From contig CAMBVS010000001.1 of assembly GCA_945871425.1 (NCBI GenBank), positions 16,303 through 80,302 of the forward strand: a DNA stretch of 64,000 nucleotides, written 5' to 3'. The stretch comes from Rhizobium sp. Q54. GTDB taxonomy: Bacteria; Pseudomonadota; Alphaproteobacteria; SHVZ01. A model generated the notes under the pieces. That model did not search any database, was not told the DNA's origin, and saw only the letters and a program-made list of their open reading frames with translations. Positions 54,167 through 63,194 of the stretch are shown here, piece after piece (position 1 is the first letter of the stretch; every line of letters begins with the position of its first letter). A program made the position numbers and the translations under genes.

Positions 54167-55288
54167 CTAGTCGATCGGCCAGGACATCGCCTTCGGCACC
54201 GTGACCGCCTCGGCTGCGTCGGGCTCGGGCTTCAGCGCGCGCGTGTCGACGGCGCGCCACCATGGTTTCGCCTCCTCCGCATAGGCGGGCTCGACCGCTT
54301 CGCCGAGGCGGGGCATCAGCAGATGCACGCCCGCCTTCGGGGCCAGCTTCAGCAGCGCCTCCGCCGGTTCGTCCCAGGCATGCATCGCGAGAGCGAAGGT
54401 GCCCCAGTGCACCGGCAGGAAGGCGCCGCCGCCGAGCAGCGCCAGCGCTTCCAGCGCGTTCTCGGGCCCTAGATGGATGTCGCCCCAGGCCGGAAGCCAG
54501 GCACCGACCTCCAGCATCACCAGGTCGAAGGGACCGAGGCGTTCGCCGATCGTCCGGTACTCGGTGGTGAGGCCGGTATCGCCGCTGAAGAAGACGGCGT
54601 GGCGTTCCGAACGGAGGACGAAGGAGGACCAGAGCGTGGTGTTCCGGCCCTTGAGGCCGCGGCCGGAGAAGTGTTGCGAGGGGGCCGCGGTCACCGTCAG
54701 CCCGGTGTCCGGCGACTCATGCGAGTCCCACCAGTCGAGCTCGACGATGCGCTCGTGGCGCACGCCCCAGGCCTCGAGATGCGCACCGACGCCCAATGAC
54801 GTCACGAAGGGCACGTCGCGTTTGGCGAGCTCGCGGATGGTCGGATAGTCGAGGTGGTCGTAGTGGTCGTGGGAGACCACCACGAGATCGATCGGCGGCA
54901 TCGCGCCGAGAGGAACCGGGACGGGCTGGAAGCGCTTCGGCCCGGCGAGCTGCGAGGGCGAGGCCCGCCGCCCCCACACCGGGTCGGTGAGCACGCGGAT
55001 CCCGTCGATCTCGATCAGCACGGTGGAGTGCCCGAGCCAGGTGGCGCGCAGCCCGCTGTCGGGGCGACGGTTCCAGGCATCGAGCGGGCTCGTCGAGGGC
55101 AGCGGCCCCTGCGGCACGCGCCGTTCGCCGCCCCAGAGGAATTGGGCCAGCGTCGGCATCGGCGCGTTCGGATCGCGCAGGCCCGCGAGGATCGGATGGC
55201 GGTTCTGGAAACGCTCGCCCGTCCACAGCGGCGACGACGTGATGCGCTCGAGCCTGGCGCCGTCGGGTTTCCTGCCCAGCGATTTCAT
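54167..55288 (-). CDS. MBL-fold metallo-hydrolase (NAPE-PLD-like)
   Basis: ATG 55288 (MKSLGRKPDG...). Metal motif 'VVSHDHYDHLD' with an upstream 'WLGHSTVLIE'. Confidence 0.8.
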   Translation of the reverse strand: MKSLGRKPDGARLERITSSPLWTGERFQNRHPILAGLRDPNAPMPTLAQFLWGGERRVPQGPLPSTSPLDAWNRRPDSGLRATWLGHSTVLIEIDGIRVLTDPVWGRRASPSQLAGPKRFQPVPVPLGAMPPIDLVVVSHDHYDHLDYPTIRELAKRDVPFVTSLGVGAHLEAWGVRHERIVELDWWDSHESPDTGLTVTAAPSQHFSGRGLKGRNTTLWSSFVLRSERHAVFFSGDTGLTTEYRTIGERLGPFDLVMLEVGAWLPAWGDIHLGPENALEALALLGGGAFLPVHWGTFALAMHAWDEPAEALLKLAPKAGVHLLMPRLGEAVEPAYAEEAKPWWRAVDTRALKPEPDAAEAVTVPKAMSWPID

Positions 55289-55310
55289 GGATTCACGGGA
55301 GAAGCGGCTC

Positions 55311-55357
55311 CCCCCACCCTGACCCTCCCCCACAGAGGGGGAGGGTCAGGGTGGGGG
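55311..55357. repeat. perfect 21-bp-stem hairpin (B-family-like), copy B4
   Basis: 'cccccaccctgaccctccccc-acaga-gggggagggtcagggtggggg' lies between two co-directional minus-strand genes. Confidence 0.8.
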
Positions 55358-55363
55358 ACGGCT

Positions 55364-56134
55364 TTATGCCGCCCTCAGGATCGCCCTGACCCGTGCGTCG
55401 GCGCGGGCATGGACGGCCTTGGCGAAGCCGTCAAACAGCACCTTGGAGACCGAATCGGCGAGGCTCGGATATTCGGCGTGCCATTGCACGCCGACGGCGA
55501 AGGCCTCGCCCTCGACGCGGACCGCCTCGATCAGGCCGTCGGGTGCCTGGGCCTCGACGACGAGACCCGGTGCCAGCCGGTCGATGCCCTGGCCGTGCAG
55601 CGAGTTGACCTGGACCTCGGCGGTGCCGAGCGCCCGCTGGAGGTAGCCCCCGGGGGTCAGCGTCACCGGATGGGCGTGGGCGTAGCGCTCGTGCCACGGC
55701 TTGGTCTTGTCGGAGCGGTGGTCGTGCTTGCCGTCGACCTCGTGCACGTGCTGGTGAAGCGTGCCGCCGAGGGCGACGTTGAGCTCCTGGAGGCCGCGGC
55801 AGATGGCGAAGACCGGCACCCCCTCCTCGATGCAGGCGCGGATGAGGGGCAGCGTCGTCGAATCGCGGTCGCGGTCGTGCGGCGTGTCCGGCCGGCTGGG
55901 GCCGCCGCCGTAGCGGTGCGGCTCGACGTTGGAGAGGCCGCCGGTGAGCAGCAGGCCATCCAGGCGGCGCGCCAGATCCGCCATGTCCATGCGCTCGGCC
56001 CCGAGCGCGGGAACGATCACCGGCAGGCCGCCGGTGCCCTCGACGACGGCGAGCAGGTATTTCTCGGAGACGGTATGGACCGGAAAGCTGCCATCGAGTT
56101 TCACGCCGGCGGAAATGCCGATCAGCGGCGTCAT
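55364..56134 (-). CDS. gamma-glutamyl-gamma-aminobutyrate hydrolase family (class I glutamine amidotransferase, peptidase C26)
   Basis: ATG 56134 (MTPLIGISAG...). Nucleophile 'AICRGLQELNVALGG' and 'GVQWHAE' His region. Confidence 0.85.
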   Translation of the reverse strand: MTPLIGISAGVKLDGSFPVHTVSEKYLLAVVEGTGGLPVIVPALGAERMDMADLARRLDGLLLTGGLSNVEPHRYGGGPSRPDTPHDRDRDSTTLPLIRACIEEGVPVFAICRGLQELNVALGGTLHQHVHEVDGKHDHRSDKTKPWHERYAHAHPVTLTPGGYLQRALGTAEVQVNSLHGQGIDRLAPGLVVEAQAPDGLIEAVRVEGEAFAVGVQWHAEYPSLADSVSKVLFDGFAKAVHARADARVRAILRAA

Positions 56135-56208
56135 GCAGAGGCCTCGGGAGATAGAAGTGCCGGCGAAAGTGGCACGAGCGGGCCGGCGCGGCAAGTCGCT
56201 GCGGGCGT

Positions 56209-56874
56209 CTACTGGCCGCCGCCCGGACGCGGACCGCGCTCCGGCGGGGTGAACTCGAACAGCTTGGGATCGAGCACGGCGCCCAGCTGCGGATCGAGGA
56301 GCGAGACCTTGGTCTCGACCCCTTGCGGGTCGACGATGGTCCATTGGCGGAGCTGGAGCGGGCGGTCGTCGAAGGCGAGCGTCACCCGTCCGCCGTCGGC
56401 GTCGTCGCTCTTCGCCAGCGTCACCCGCAGAACGCCGGAAGCGCGCTCGTAGCGGGTGACGGTGACGTCGCCGGACAGCCGGACCTGCTCGCGCACCAGG
56501 ACGCCGAGCGGCGTCTGGTCGATGCCGACATAGTTCGCCTGCTTCAACTCGCGATCGTAGACGACCATGGAGCCGGAGCCGCCGACGACCAGCAGCCCCT
56601 TGGTTGCCGGCTCGTAGTCGATGCGGATCCTCCCCGGGCGCGAGATCGAGACGGTGCCCTTGGCCTGGCTGCCGTCGGAGGCGGCCTGGAGGAAGGGCGA
56701 GGAGAAGGTGCGGATGTCGTTGAGATAGCGCTCGATCCGCTGGACGTCGGCGCGGTCCTGGTCGGAGAGCTTGGCGGGGGTCGCGGGCTTGGCCAAGGCC
56801 AGGCTCGGGGCGGCGACGAGGGCGAGGACGAGCGAAAGGACGCGCGCCCGCCGGATGAGGATCTGCATGGTCAT
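56209..56874 (-). CDS. LolA-like outer-membrane lipoprotein carrier family protein
   Basis: ATG 56874. Signal 'MTMQILIRRARVLSLVLALVAAPSLALA'. 'FSSPFLQ...GTVSISRPGRIRIDY' is a beta-rich LolA-like pattern. Confidence 0.6.
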   Translation of the reverse strand: MTMQILIRRARVLSLVLALVAAPSLALAKPATPAKLSDQDRADVQRIERYLNDIRTFSSPFLQAASDGSQAKGTVSISRPGRIRIDYEPATKGLLVVGGSGSMVVYDRELKQANYVGIDQTPLGVLVREQVRLSGDVTVTRYERASGVLRVTLAKSDDADGGRVTLAFDDRPLQLRQWTIVDPQGVETKVSLLDPQLGAVLDPKLFEFTPPERGPRPGGGQ

Positions 56875-57091
56875 GTGCCGATAAATCGCATTAAACGTGG
56901 CGAAATCAAGACCCTGCGGGCCGGACGGCGGCACGTCGCAGATTTCGTCCGCGGCCGTCCCGTCCCGCCGGTTGAACCCGGCGGGCGACGGGTGCATGAT
57001 TGATCTCCGGGCGGCGCCTTCGTTTCATGAGGGGCGTAGAATGTCCCACTAGGCGTCAGAGCCCGTGCCTCGAAAGGGAGAGGAACGGCTC

Positions 57092-57535
57092 ATGCATAGA
57101 AGCATCGTACCCGACATCATCGGCGGCAAGCAGACGCTGGCGACGCTCACGGCCGACGTGACGGTGCGCCAGGCCGCCAAGGTCATGGCGGAACGGCACA
57201 TCGGCGCGGTCCTGATCACCGCGAACGGGCGGCTCGAAGGCATCTTCACCGAGCGCGACGTGCTGAACAAGGTGGTGGCGCCGGGCCGCGACCCGGAGAC
57301 GGTCACGCTTGGCGAGGTGATGACCCGCAACCCCGACACCGTATCCCCGGACGCGACCGCCCTCGACACGCTGATCCGCATGCAGACCAAGGGCTGCCGC
57401 CACGTGCCGGTGGTCGACGGCGGCGAGCTGATCGGCATCGTCTCGGTGCGCGACCTGTTCAACGCGGTCAAGCGCGAGCTCGAGGAAGACATCCAGGAGC
57501 GGGAAGCGTTCATCTTCGGCGCCACTGCGGCCTGA
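57092..57535 (+). CDS. CBS-pair domain protein
   Basis: ATG 57092 follows 'gggagagga'. Two CBS repeats ('HIGAVLI..GRLEGIFTERDV' and 'CRHVPVVDGGELIGIVSVRDL'). Confidence 0.85.
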   Translation: MHRSIVPDIIGGKQTLATLTADVTVRQAAKVMAERHIGAVLITANGRLEGIFTERDVLNKVVAPGRDPETVTLGEVMTRNPDTVSPDATALDTLIRMQTKGCRHVPVVDGGELIGIVSVRDLFNAVKRELEEDIQEREAFIFGATAA

Positions 57536-57626
57536 GCCGCCGGCGACACATCGCCGGCCGGGGTTGACGGCCCTCGGGGAGGGTCTATTTTCCTTCGCAG
57601 TTGCGAAATCCTCCCCCGAGGCCGTC

Positions 57627-58187
57627 ATGCCGTTGTCGCCGCCGGCTCCGCGCGAGCCGCTTCATACGCGCCACGTCGAGTGCCGCGGCTATCGTCGCGA
57701 GGACGGGCTCTGGGACATCGAGGGCCATCTCGTCGACACCAAGACCTATGCCTTCTCCAACCGCAGCCGCGGCGAGGTCTCGCCGGGGACGCCGCTGCAC
57801 GAGATGTGGATCCGCCTCACCCTCGACGACGGCCTGACGGTGAAGGCGGTCGAGGCGGTCACCGACCACGGCCCCTTTCCAATCTGCGGCGACATCGCGC
57901 CGGCCTTCAAGAAGCTGGAGGGCCTGACCATCGGCCCCGGCTGGAGCCGGAAGGTGAAGGACCTGCTCGGCGGCACCCGGGGCTGCACTCATATCGTCGA
58001 GCTTCTGGGACCGGTCGCCACCACGGCCTTTCAGACCCTGTTCTCCCGCCGTGAGCGCGAGCGCCGGGAGTCGAAAGACGAGGCGGAGTCCAAGACCAGG
58101 CCGCGGGTGATCGATTCCTGCCACGCGCTCAGCGCCGACGGTCCGGTGGTGAAGATCGAGTGGCCGGAGTTCTACACCGGGCGCTGA
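57627..58187 (+). CDS. DUF2889-family protein
   Basis: ATG 57627 (MPLSPPAPRE...). 'RGYRREDGLWDIEGHLVDTK' and 'GCTHIVELLGP' match my memory of DUF2889. Confidence 0.65.
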   Translation: MPLSPPAPREPLHTRHVECRGYRREDGLWDIEGHLVDTKTYAFSNRSRGEVSPGTPLHEMWIRLTLDDGLTVKAVEAVTDHGPFPICGDIAPAFKKLEGLTIGPGWSRKVKDLLGGTRGCTHIVELLGPVATTAFQTLFSRRERERRESKDEAESKTRPRVIDSCHALSADGPVVKIEWPEFYTGR

Positions 58188-58199
58188 AGCCGGCCGCCC

Positions 58200-58535
58200 T
58201 CATCGGGCCCCGCGCCGCGTACCAGACCGCGCGAGGCTTTCTTGCAGACCCGTCGGCCTAAGCCCGCTGCCGGTCGCCGCCGGGGTCTCGGCCGAGGGGG
58301 CGCTCGCCGGCGCATGGACGGCCTTGGCGCGGAAATAGGCGAGCGCGAAGACCCGGACCGCCGAGGTCAGGCCGGAACGGCCGCGCGTCTCGGCGATTTT
58401 CGAGCAGAGATCGTTGAGGCTGAGGCCCTCGGCGTCGCCGATCTCGGCGAGCGCCCGCCACATCTCGGGCTCGAGGCGCATGCTGGTGCGGCGGCCGGCG
58501 ACGACGATGTTGCGACTGACGAGCGAGCTTGCCAT
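58200..58535 (-). CDS. ribbon-helix-helix domain protein (RHH_4-like)
   Basis: ATG 58535 (MASSLVSRNIVVAGRRTSMRLEPEMWRAL...). The 'TSxRLEPxxW' signature is widespread in alphaproteobacteria. Confidence 0.62.
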   Translation of the reverse strand: MASSLVSRNIVVAGRRTSMRLEPEMWRALAEIGDAEGLSLNDLCSKIAETRGRSGLTSAVRVFALAYFRAKAVHAPASAPSAETPAATGSGLRPTGLQESLARSGTRRGAR

Positions 58536-58604
58536 GCGGACCGCGAGGCGATTGACGCGAAACGACCGCGTTCCCGCAAATTGTAGCCCGGGCGTCGGCT
58601 GATG

Positions 58605-59018
58605 CAACCGCAATACGGACTTTTCTTGCCGGCGCTTCTCTTGGTTGCGGCGGCGAGAGGGCCCTGGCGATAAGGCTCGTTCACGCTCTGGCCGCCGACG
58701 AATTTCTGGACGTAGCCGAGCTGCGTGCCGTTCGCCAGGCTGGTGTCGATCACCTACCAGGACGCCTGGCCCCTCGTCGTAGACCAGGACACCGGCGAAG
58801 ATGTCGCCATTGGCGTTGGTCTCGATGAGGATGTCGCGGCCGGCGGGCTCGGCCGGGTTTCACCACCAGCCGTTCTGGGGCCGGAAGGTCGGCGGGATTT
58901 CTCCGCCGCCGCCCTCGCCCCGGGCCGGAGAGGCCGCCAGCGCGGCGGCGCGCAGGAGCGCGCCGATGTGCCAGCGGGACGAACGAAGCTTGCCGCGAAG
59001 CGAAATGAGGAAGTTCAT
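58605..59018 (-). pseudogene. disrupted gene for a small secreted protein (in-frame TGA plus a frameshift); 3' limit approximate
   Basis: ATG 59018 has a strong SD ('aaggagcgcatcATG') and a signal-like 'MNFLISLRGKLRSSRWHIGALLRAAALAAS'. The frame hits TGA after '...PQNGWW' and continues plausibly as 'NPAEPAGRDILIETNANGDIFAGVLVYDEG'. The sense then moves to another frame ('IDTSLANGTQLGYVQKFVGG...'). Confidence 0.4.
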
Positions 59019-59179
59019 GATGCGCTCCTTGTGATGCGGGATCGGCGTGTGAGGCCGATTGACGCAGCAATGCCGGCGCCGAAGCCGCGGATGCAGCGCA
59101 AAAAAGCACAGACTGCTTCTGCGGCGGTGCGGCGAAAATGCGACGGCGGGAGCGCGATATTATGTTCCGCAACAACGAG

Positions 59180-59452
59180 TTAGCTGGTTTCAGCCGACCC
59201 TTTTAGATTGAGCGCCAGCGCGTGGACGGGGCCCTTCAGCTCCTCGGCCAGAACCTGATGGACGCGTCGCTGGCGGTCGATGCGGCTGAGCCCGTCGAAG
59301 CTGGCGGAGACCATCGTCACCTGGAAGTGGGTCTCGCCCTCCGGCCGGGCGCCGGCATGGCCGGCATGGCGGTGGGACTCGTCCTCGACGACCAAGCGTT
59401 CCGGCTGGAACGCCGCCTCGAGCTTCCGGCGGATGGACTCGGCGACACGCAT
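59180..59452 (-). CDS. bolA: BolA-family protein
   Basis: 'IRRKLEAAFQPERLVVEDESHRHAGH...THFQVTMVSASFDGLSRIDRQRRVHQVL'. I prefer ATG 59452. The longer track start at 59536 would abut the divergent J-domain gene. Confidence 0.85.
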   Translation of the reverse strand: MRVAESIRRKLEAAFQPERLVVEDESHRHAGHAGARPEGETHFQVTMVSASFDGLSRIDRQRRVHQVLAEELKGPVHALALNLKGSAETS

Positions 59453-59534
59453 CTTGGGCGACGCTTGCGCCGCTCCACCCTGGCTGTCAATCGGTTGCGC
59501 CGGCCGCGCGTCCTTCCCATACTTCCAGATCGCC

Positions 59535-60101
59535 ATGACCCGTGCCCGCCGCCATGCCAGCGCTCTTGCAGAGCCTCTCGATCTCAGGCTTCGCGCCTGC
59601 GACCAGCCGGGCTGCGCCGGCGAAGGCCTGTTCCGGGCGCCGAAGGCCCGCGACCGGCTGAACGAATACTTCTGGTTCTGCCTGGAGCATGTCCGGGTCT
59701 ACAACGCCGCCTGGGACTATTACCGCGGCATGAGCCCGCACGAGATCGAGCGCCAGGTGCGCAACGATACGGTCTGGCAGCGGCCGACCTGGCCGCTCGG
59801 CCCCGGCGGCCGGCGCCAGCGCGCCGACGACATCGACATCGACGATCCCTTCGAGATCTTCGGCGAGGGCGAGCGGCCGAGGCCGGAGTCGCGGACACGC
59901 GACCTGCCGCCGGAGGAACAGGAGGCGCTGGCCATCCTCGACCTGCCGCCGGATGTTACACTTGAAGACCTGAAGGCCCGGTACAAGATCTTGGTGAAGC
60001 GCCATCACCCCGACGCCAATGGCGGCGACCGTCAGGCCGAGGAGCGGGTGAAGGCGATCAATCACGCGTATTCGGTGCTGAAGAAGCGCCTTGCCGCTTG
60101 A
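59535..60101 (+). CDS. J-domain protein with N-terminal Cys-containing domain (DnaJ-like co-chaperone)
   Basis: ATG 59535 (MTRARRHAS...). The C-terminal J domain reads 'LEDLKARYKILVKRHHPDANGGD...INHAYSVL' and contains the HPD tripeptide. Confidence 0.8.
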   Translation: MTRARRHASALAEPLDLRLRACDQPGCAGEGLFRAPKARDRLNEYFWFCLEHVRVYNAAWDYYRGMSPHEIERQVRNDTVWQRPTWPLGPGGRRQRADDIDIDDPFEIFGEGERPRPESRTRDLPPEEQEALAILDLPPDVTLEDLKARYKILVKRHHPDANGGDRQAEERVKAINHAYSVLKKRLAA

Positions 60102-60173
60102 CGGCCGCACGGCGGGAGCGTTTTCTACCCGGCCCTCCCCAGACCACCGGCCCTGCCACCCCTTGAGGATCCG

Positions 60174-61166
60174 ATGCCGAACGCCGCTGCAGCCCCAACC
60201 GCGCTCAACATCCCCGACATCAAGGTGTCGGTGCGTCAGCTCTTCGGCATCGACACCGACATGCAGGTTCCGGCCTTCTCGAACCCGACCGAGCACGTGC
60301 CGGTGCTGGACGAGGCCTATCGCTTCGACCGCGACACCACGCTCGCGATCCTGGCCGGATTCGCCCACAACCGCCGCGTCATGATCCAGGGCTACCACGG
60401 CACCGGCAAGTCGACCCATATCGAGCAGGTCGCCTCCCGCCTCAACTGGCCCTGCATCCGCGTCAACCTCGACAGCCACATCAGCCGCATCGACCTGATC
60501 GGCAAGGACGCGATCGTCATCAAGGACGGCAAGCAGGTGACGGCCTTCAAGGAAGGCATCCTGCCCTGGGCGCTGCAGAATCCGACCGCGCTTGTGTTCG
60601 ACGAGTACGATGCCGGCCGCGCCGATGTCATGTTCGTGATCCAGCGCGTGCTCGAGGTCGAGGGCAAGCTGACGCTGCTCGACCAGAACAAGGTCATCCG
60701 CCCGCACCCGGCCTTCCGGCTGTTCTCGACCGCCAACACCGTCGGCCTCGGCGACACCACCGGCCTCTATCACGGGACCCAGCAGATCAACCAGGGCCAG
60801 ATGGACCGCTGGTCGATCGTCGCCACGCTGAACTACCTGCCGCACGACGCCGAGGTGAACATCGTCCTCGCCAAGGTGCCGGTGTGGGCGACCGAGGAGG
60901 GCAAGAAGACGGTGTCCGCCATGGTGGCGCTGGCCGACCTGACGCGCGCGGGATTCGTCGCCGGCGACATCTCGACCGTCATGAGCCCGCGAACGGTGAT
61001 GACCTGGGCCGAGAACGCCCGGATCTTCAACGACATCGGCTTCGCCTTCCGTCTCACCTTCTTGAACAAGTGCGACGAGATGGAGCGCTCGACGGTAGCC
61101 GAGTACTACCAGCGCTGCTTCGGCTCCGAGCTGCCGGAGTCCGGCGTCAAGGCGAGCCTCGCCTAA
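60174..61166 (+). CDS. cobS: cobaltochelatase subunit CobS (MoxR-type AAA+ ATPase)
   Basis: 330 aa. Walker A '[13 protein letters not shown]', Walker B 'LVFDEYD', and 'FRLFSTANT'. It is followed by cobT. Confidence 0.9.
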   Translation: MPNAAAAPTALNIPDIKVSVRQLFGIDTDMQVPAFSNPTEHVPVLDEAYRFDRDTTLAILAGFAHNRRVMIQGYHGTGKSTHIEQVASRLNWPCIRVNLDSHISRIDLIGKDAIVIKDGKQVTAFKEGILPWALQNPTALVFDEYDAGRADVMFVIQRVLEVEGKLTLLDQNKVIRPHPAFRLFSTANTVGLGDTTGLYHGTQQINQGQMDRWSIVATLNYLPHDAEVNIVLAKVPVWATEEGKKTVSAMVALADLTRAGFVAGDISTVMSPRTVMTWAENARIFNDIGFAFRLTFLNKCDEMERSTVAEYYQRCFGSELPESGVKASLA

Positions 61167-61176
61167 AGAGGGTTCG

Positions 61177-63066
61177 ATGAGCGCGCAGAACCGCAACTCC
61201 GAAGAGGCGGCGGTCGAGTCCTTCAAGCAGTCGACGGCGGCGGCGCTCCGCGCCATGTCGCATCGCGACGACGTCGAGGTCGCCTTCGGCGCCGAGCCGC
61301 CCGGCATCGCCGGCAACCGCGCGCGGGTGCCGCAGCCGACCCGCAACCTCACCACCGGCGAGGTCGCCCATGTGCGCGGCGAGGCCGACTCGATCGCCCT
61401 CAAGCTCCGCCATCACGACCGTCAGCTCCACGGCCGGCGCATGCCCCAGGGGCAGATGGCGCGCTCGATCTACGAAGCGGTCGAGCAGACGCGCTGCGAG
61501 TCGATCGGCTCCAACCGCATGGCCGGCGTGCAGGAGAACCTGTCGGCGGCGCTGGACCAGCGCTACCGCAAGAAGGGCTTCGAGCGCATCACCGAGCGAT
61601 CGGATGCGACCCTGGTCGAGGTTGTCCGGCTGATGACCCGCGAGGCCTTGACCGGCGTCCGCCCGCCGCCGTCGGCCCGCCACGTCGTCGATCTCTGGCG
61701 GCCGTTCGTCGAGTCGCGCTGCGGCGCCGACTTCCGCGAGATGGCGCGCTCGATCGGCGACCAGGAGAAGTTCCAGCACTGGGTCCGCCAGCTGATCCAG
61801 GACCTCGAGCTCGAATCGGCCGAGGAGGCCGAGCTCCAGGACGATCCCAACGAGGAGGAGGGCGGCGAGGACTCCGACAGCCAGGACCCGAACTCCGAGG
61901 CCGGCCAGCGCGGCGCGTCGGACTCCGACGCCTCCCAGACCACGGCGCCGGACATGCAGCCGGCCGAGGACGGCGAGGACGGGGCCGAAGAGGCCGATGG
62001 CGAGATGCAGCCGGGCATGGGCGACGAGCAGCCCGGCAACCCGGGCATGCCGCAGATGCACGGCCGCAACGCACCCAGCGACCTCGATCTCTACAAGCCG
62101 TTCACGCCTGAGTTCGACGAGATCGTGGTCGCCGACACGCTCTGCGATCCGGACGAGCTGTCACGGCTGCGCCAGCTTCTCGACCAGCAGCTCTCGCACC
62201 TGCAGGGCGTCATCGGCAAGCTCGCCAATCGCCTCCAGCGCCGCCTGATGGCGAAGCAGAACCGCTCCTGGCAGTTCGATCTCGAGGAAGGCATCCTCGA
62301 TGCCGGGCGTTTGGCGCGCGTCGTCGTCAACCCGACGCAGGCGCTCTCCTACAAGGTCGAGCTCGACACCGAATTCCGCGACACCGTGGTGACCGTGCTG
62401 ATCGACAATTCCGGCTCGATGCGGGGCCGGCCGATCACCATCGCCGCGATGAGCGCCGACATCTTGGCGCGCACGCTGGAACGCTGCGGGGTCAAAGTCG
62501 AGATCCTCGGATTCACCACGCGGGCGTGGAAGGGAGGCCAGGCGCGCGAGCGCTGGATCGCCTCGGGCAAGCCCGCCAACCCGGGCCGCCTCAACGATCT
62601 CCGCCACATCATCTACAAGGCTGCCGACCACCCCTGGCGGCGGGCCCGGAAGAGTCTCGGCCTGATGCTTCGCGAAGGCATCCTGAAGGAGAACATCGAC
62701 GGCGAGGCGCTGCTCTGGGCGCATAACCGCCTGATGGCCCGCACCGAGCAGCGCCGCATCCTGATGGTGATCTCCGACGGCGCGCCGGTCGACGACTCGA
62801 CGCTCTCGGTCAATCCCGGCAACTACCTGGAGCGCCACCTGCGCGAGGTGATCCAGGAGATCGAGACCCGTTCGCCGGTCGAGCTGGTGGCGATCGGCAT
62901 CGGCCACGACGTGACGCGCTACTACCGCCGCGCTGTCACCATCGTGGATGCCGAGCAGCTCGGCGGCACGATGATGGAGAAGCTGGCCGAGCTCTTCGAC
63001 GAGCAGGAGCACCGGACGCCGATGGCCGAGAAGCGCGCCAGCCGCAAGCCCAGGGCGAAGCGCTGA
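61177..63066 (+). CDS. cobT: cobaltochelatase subunit CobT (acidic linker plus C-terminal vWA domain)
   Basis: 629 aa. A D/E-rich middle region and a vWA MIDAS-like 'LIDNSGSM' with a later '[10 protein letters not shown]'. Confidence 0.9.
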   Translation: MSAQNRNSEEAAVESFKQSTAAALRAMSHRDDVEVAFGAEPPGIAGNRARVPQPTRNLTTGEVAHVRGEADSIALKLRHHDRQLHGRRMPQGQMARSIYEAVEQTRCESIGSNRMAGVQENLSAALDQRYRKKGFERITERSDATLVEVVRLMTREALTGVRPPPSARHVVDLWRPFVESRCGADFREMARSIGDQEKFQHWVRQLIQDLELESAEEAELQDDPNEEEGGEDSDSQDPNSEAGQRGASDSDASQTTAPDMQPAEDGEDGAEEADGEMQPGMGDEQPGNPGMPQMHGRNAPSDLDLYKPFTPEFDEIVVADTLCDPDELSRLRQLLDQQLSHLQGVIGKLANRLQRRLMAKQNRSWQFDLEEGILDAGRLARVVVNPTQALSYKVELDTEFRDTVVTVLIDNSGSMRGRPITIAAMSADILARTLERCGVKVEILGFTTRAWKGGQARERWIASGKPANPGRLNDLRHIIYKAADHPWRRARKSLGLMLREGILKENIDGEALLWAHNRLMARTEQRRILMVISDGAPVDDSTLSVNPGNYLERHLREVIQEIETRSPVELVAIGIGHDVTRYYRRAVTIVDAEQLGGTMMEKLAELFDEQEHRTPMAEKRASRKPRAKR

Positions 63067-63194
63067 GCGCCTAGTCGGGCTAGGCGCAGTCGTCGGCGAG
63101 GCGCCGGATCCGTCGCGAGCGATTTTTTACTTCCCCGCGGGTGCATGCTCTGTTGCAATTAGAGGTTGGAAGGCCGGCCAATGGGGGCAGAGCC

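Noticed and set aside
58860-58862. Selenocysteine or programmed read-through at the in-frame TGA
   Set aside because: I saw no obvious SECIS-like hairpin immediately downstream, and no sel genes are in the window. The same gene also needs a frameshift to stay open, so decay is the simpler explanation.
60102-60173. Cobalamin riboswitch upstream of cobS
   Set aside because: The intergenic region is only 72 nt, too short for the ~200-nt B12 element, and no B12-box-like sequence was seen.
59487-61403. 638-aa minus-strand ORF, and similar long antisense ORFs (e.g. 40988..43066, 29988..32000, 14679..16517, 19249..20820, 51696..53012, 54854..56452)
   Set aside because: Each one overlaps a motif-supported gene on the opposite strand (cobS/J-domain, ABC ATPase, sigma/YciI/Lrp, thiolase, binding protein, pgk, MBL/GATase). 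Each has Arg/Gly/Asp/His-rich low-information sequence.
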